The notes below the pieces were generated by a model. The model was not told where the DNA came from, searched no databases, and saw only the letters and a list, made by a program, of their open reading frames with translations. Position numbers and translations under genes: made by a program. Positions 62,822 to 64,000 of a DNA stretch of 64,000 nucleotides are shown here, one piece after another (position 1 is the stretch's first letter; every line of letters starts with the position of its first letter). Source of the stretch: an uncultured Verrucomicrobiae bacterium (lineage in GTDB: Bacteria; Verrucomicrobiota; Verrucomicrobiia; Chthoniobacterales; Chthoniobacteraceae); assembly GCA_963769025.1 (NCBI GenBank), contig CAVYKI010000002.1, positions 192,001-256,000 on the forward strand, written 5' to 3'.

Positions 62822-64000
62822 ATGACCTTCCCTCCTGCCTTCGTTCGGGTGAGCGCGCTGCTGTTCGCGTTCACGCTGCCGTCCATTGCCGAGCCTGCGC
62901 CGGCGGCGGGTGCGATGTCGCCGGAGGATGCGGCGAAATCTTTCCAGGTCGCCGACGGGCTCAAGGTCGAACTGGTTGCCGCCGAGCCGCTCACCGCCTC
63001 GCCGTGTGCGATGGCCTTTGATGAACGTGGGCGGCTTTTCGTCGCGGAGAATCGCGGCTACCCGAATACGTCGGAGCCGCCGCAGGGAGTTGTCGCGATG
63101 CTGGAGGACACGGACGCCGATGGACGCATGGACAAGCGCGCGGTCTTCGCCGACGGGCTGACGTTTCCGAATGGCGTGATGCCGTGGAAAGGCGGGCTGA
63201 TCGTCACCTGCGCGCCGGATGTTTTTTTCCTGAAGGACAATGACGGCGACGGGCGTGCTGATGAGAAGCGCGTGCTGCTCACGGGCTTCGACGCCACGAA
63301 GAGCACGCAGCTCCGCGTGAACGGCCCGACGCTCGGGCCGGATGGATGGATCTACTTCGCGGCGGGACTCAGCGGTGGCGAAATCAAATCGCCAGATCAC
63401 CCAGAGCGGCCGGCGGTGAAGATGACGGGTGACTGCCGGTGGAATCCCGAAACCGGCGAGATCGAAAACGTGGACGGGCGCGGGCAGTACGCGCTTTCGT
63501 TCGATGATTTTGGCCGGCGGTTCATCTGCATGAACCGCATCCAGGTGCAGCATGTCGTGCTCTCGTCGTCGTGGCTGAAACGGAATCCGAAGCTCACATT
63601 CAGCGAGACGGTGCAGAACTGTCCCGAGCTGGTTCCGAATGCATTCATGCGCAGCACGGCGGGCGCGGCGCGGCTGTATCCGATCAGCGCAAACATCACG
63701 ACGGCGGATTCACACGCCGGGACGTTCACCGCGGCGTGCGGCGTGAATGTGTGGCGCGGTGGCGCGCTGCCGGAACTTTACAAGAGCGCCGTTTTTTCCT
63801 GCGACCCGACCGCCAACCTCGTGCACGTGGACAAACTGGTACCGCGCGGCGCGAGCTTTTCCGTCGAGCCGCTGCTGGAAAAGCGCGAGTTTCTCGCGTC
63901 CAAGGACGACTGGTTCCGGCCGGTGTTTACGACGAGCGGGCCGGATGGCGCGCTCTATGTGTGCGACATGTACCGGCGCATCATCGAGCATCCCGATTAC
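62822..64000 (+). CDS. PVC-type membrane-bound dehydrogenase (beta-propeller) protein, runs off the window end
   Basis: Manual translation: MTFPPAFV...SFQVADGLKVELVAAEP...EDTDADGRMDK...WFRPV...GPDGALYVCDMYRRIIEHP; absent from the track because there is no stop. Confidence 0.88.
   Translation, partial: MTFPPAFVRVSALLFAFTLPSIAEPAPAAGAMSPEDAAKSFQVADGLKVELVAAEPLTASPCAMAFDERGRLFVAENRGYPNTSEPPQGVVAMLEDTDADGRMDKRAVFADGLTFPNGVMPWKGGLIVTCAPDVFFLKDNDGDGRADEKRVLLTGFDATKSTQLRVNGPTLGPDGWIYFAAGLSGGEIKSPDHPERPAVKMTGDCRWNPETGEIENVDGRGQYALSFDDFGRRFICMNRIQVQHVVLSSSWLKRNPKLTFSETVQNCPELVPNAFMRSTAGAARLYPISANITTADSHAGTFTAACGVNVWRGGALPELYKSAVFSCDPTANLVHVDKLVPRGASFSVEPLLEKREFLASKDDWFRPVFTTSGPDGALYVCDMYRRIIEHPDY

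Overview
High-GC bacterial DNA, probably Verrucomicrobia or another PVC lineage (inferred from the gene families present, not proven). Single-base indels break many genes at 0.7-18.6 kb and 60.5-62.5 kb and look like long-read assembly errors. (1) A ~20.5 kb respiratory operon (3704-24213): alternative complex III (actABCDEFG), a CcoN-like protein lacking 5 of the 6 metal-binding histidines, a CcoO-like cytochrome with Cys at the usual Met ligand position, two more cytochrome c genes, an A-family oxidase with no K-channel lysine, and ctaA/ctaB/sco/DUF420. It is preceded by a perfect TTGTGAA-N4-TTCACAA operator and a divergent 57-aa secreted Cys-rich peptide that the ORF track missed. (2) Housekeeping genes: ilvB, trpC, mazG, pckG, hslO, tcdA, lpxD and a DinG-family helicase. 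(3) A compact UBact-prcB-prcA (ubiquitin-like tag plus 20S proteasome) cluster with no ligase, deamidase or ATPase in the window. (4) A seven-gene duplicated ABC-2-type system of unknown function. (5) An FRG-domain plus VapBC islet. (6) Several REP-like inverted repeats with 7-, 8- and 9-nt periodicity, one encoded in frame in the proteasome beta propeptide. No rRNA, tRNA, CRISPR array, integrase or transposase was seen.
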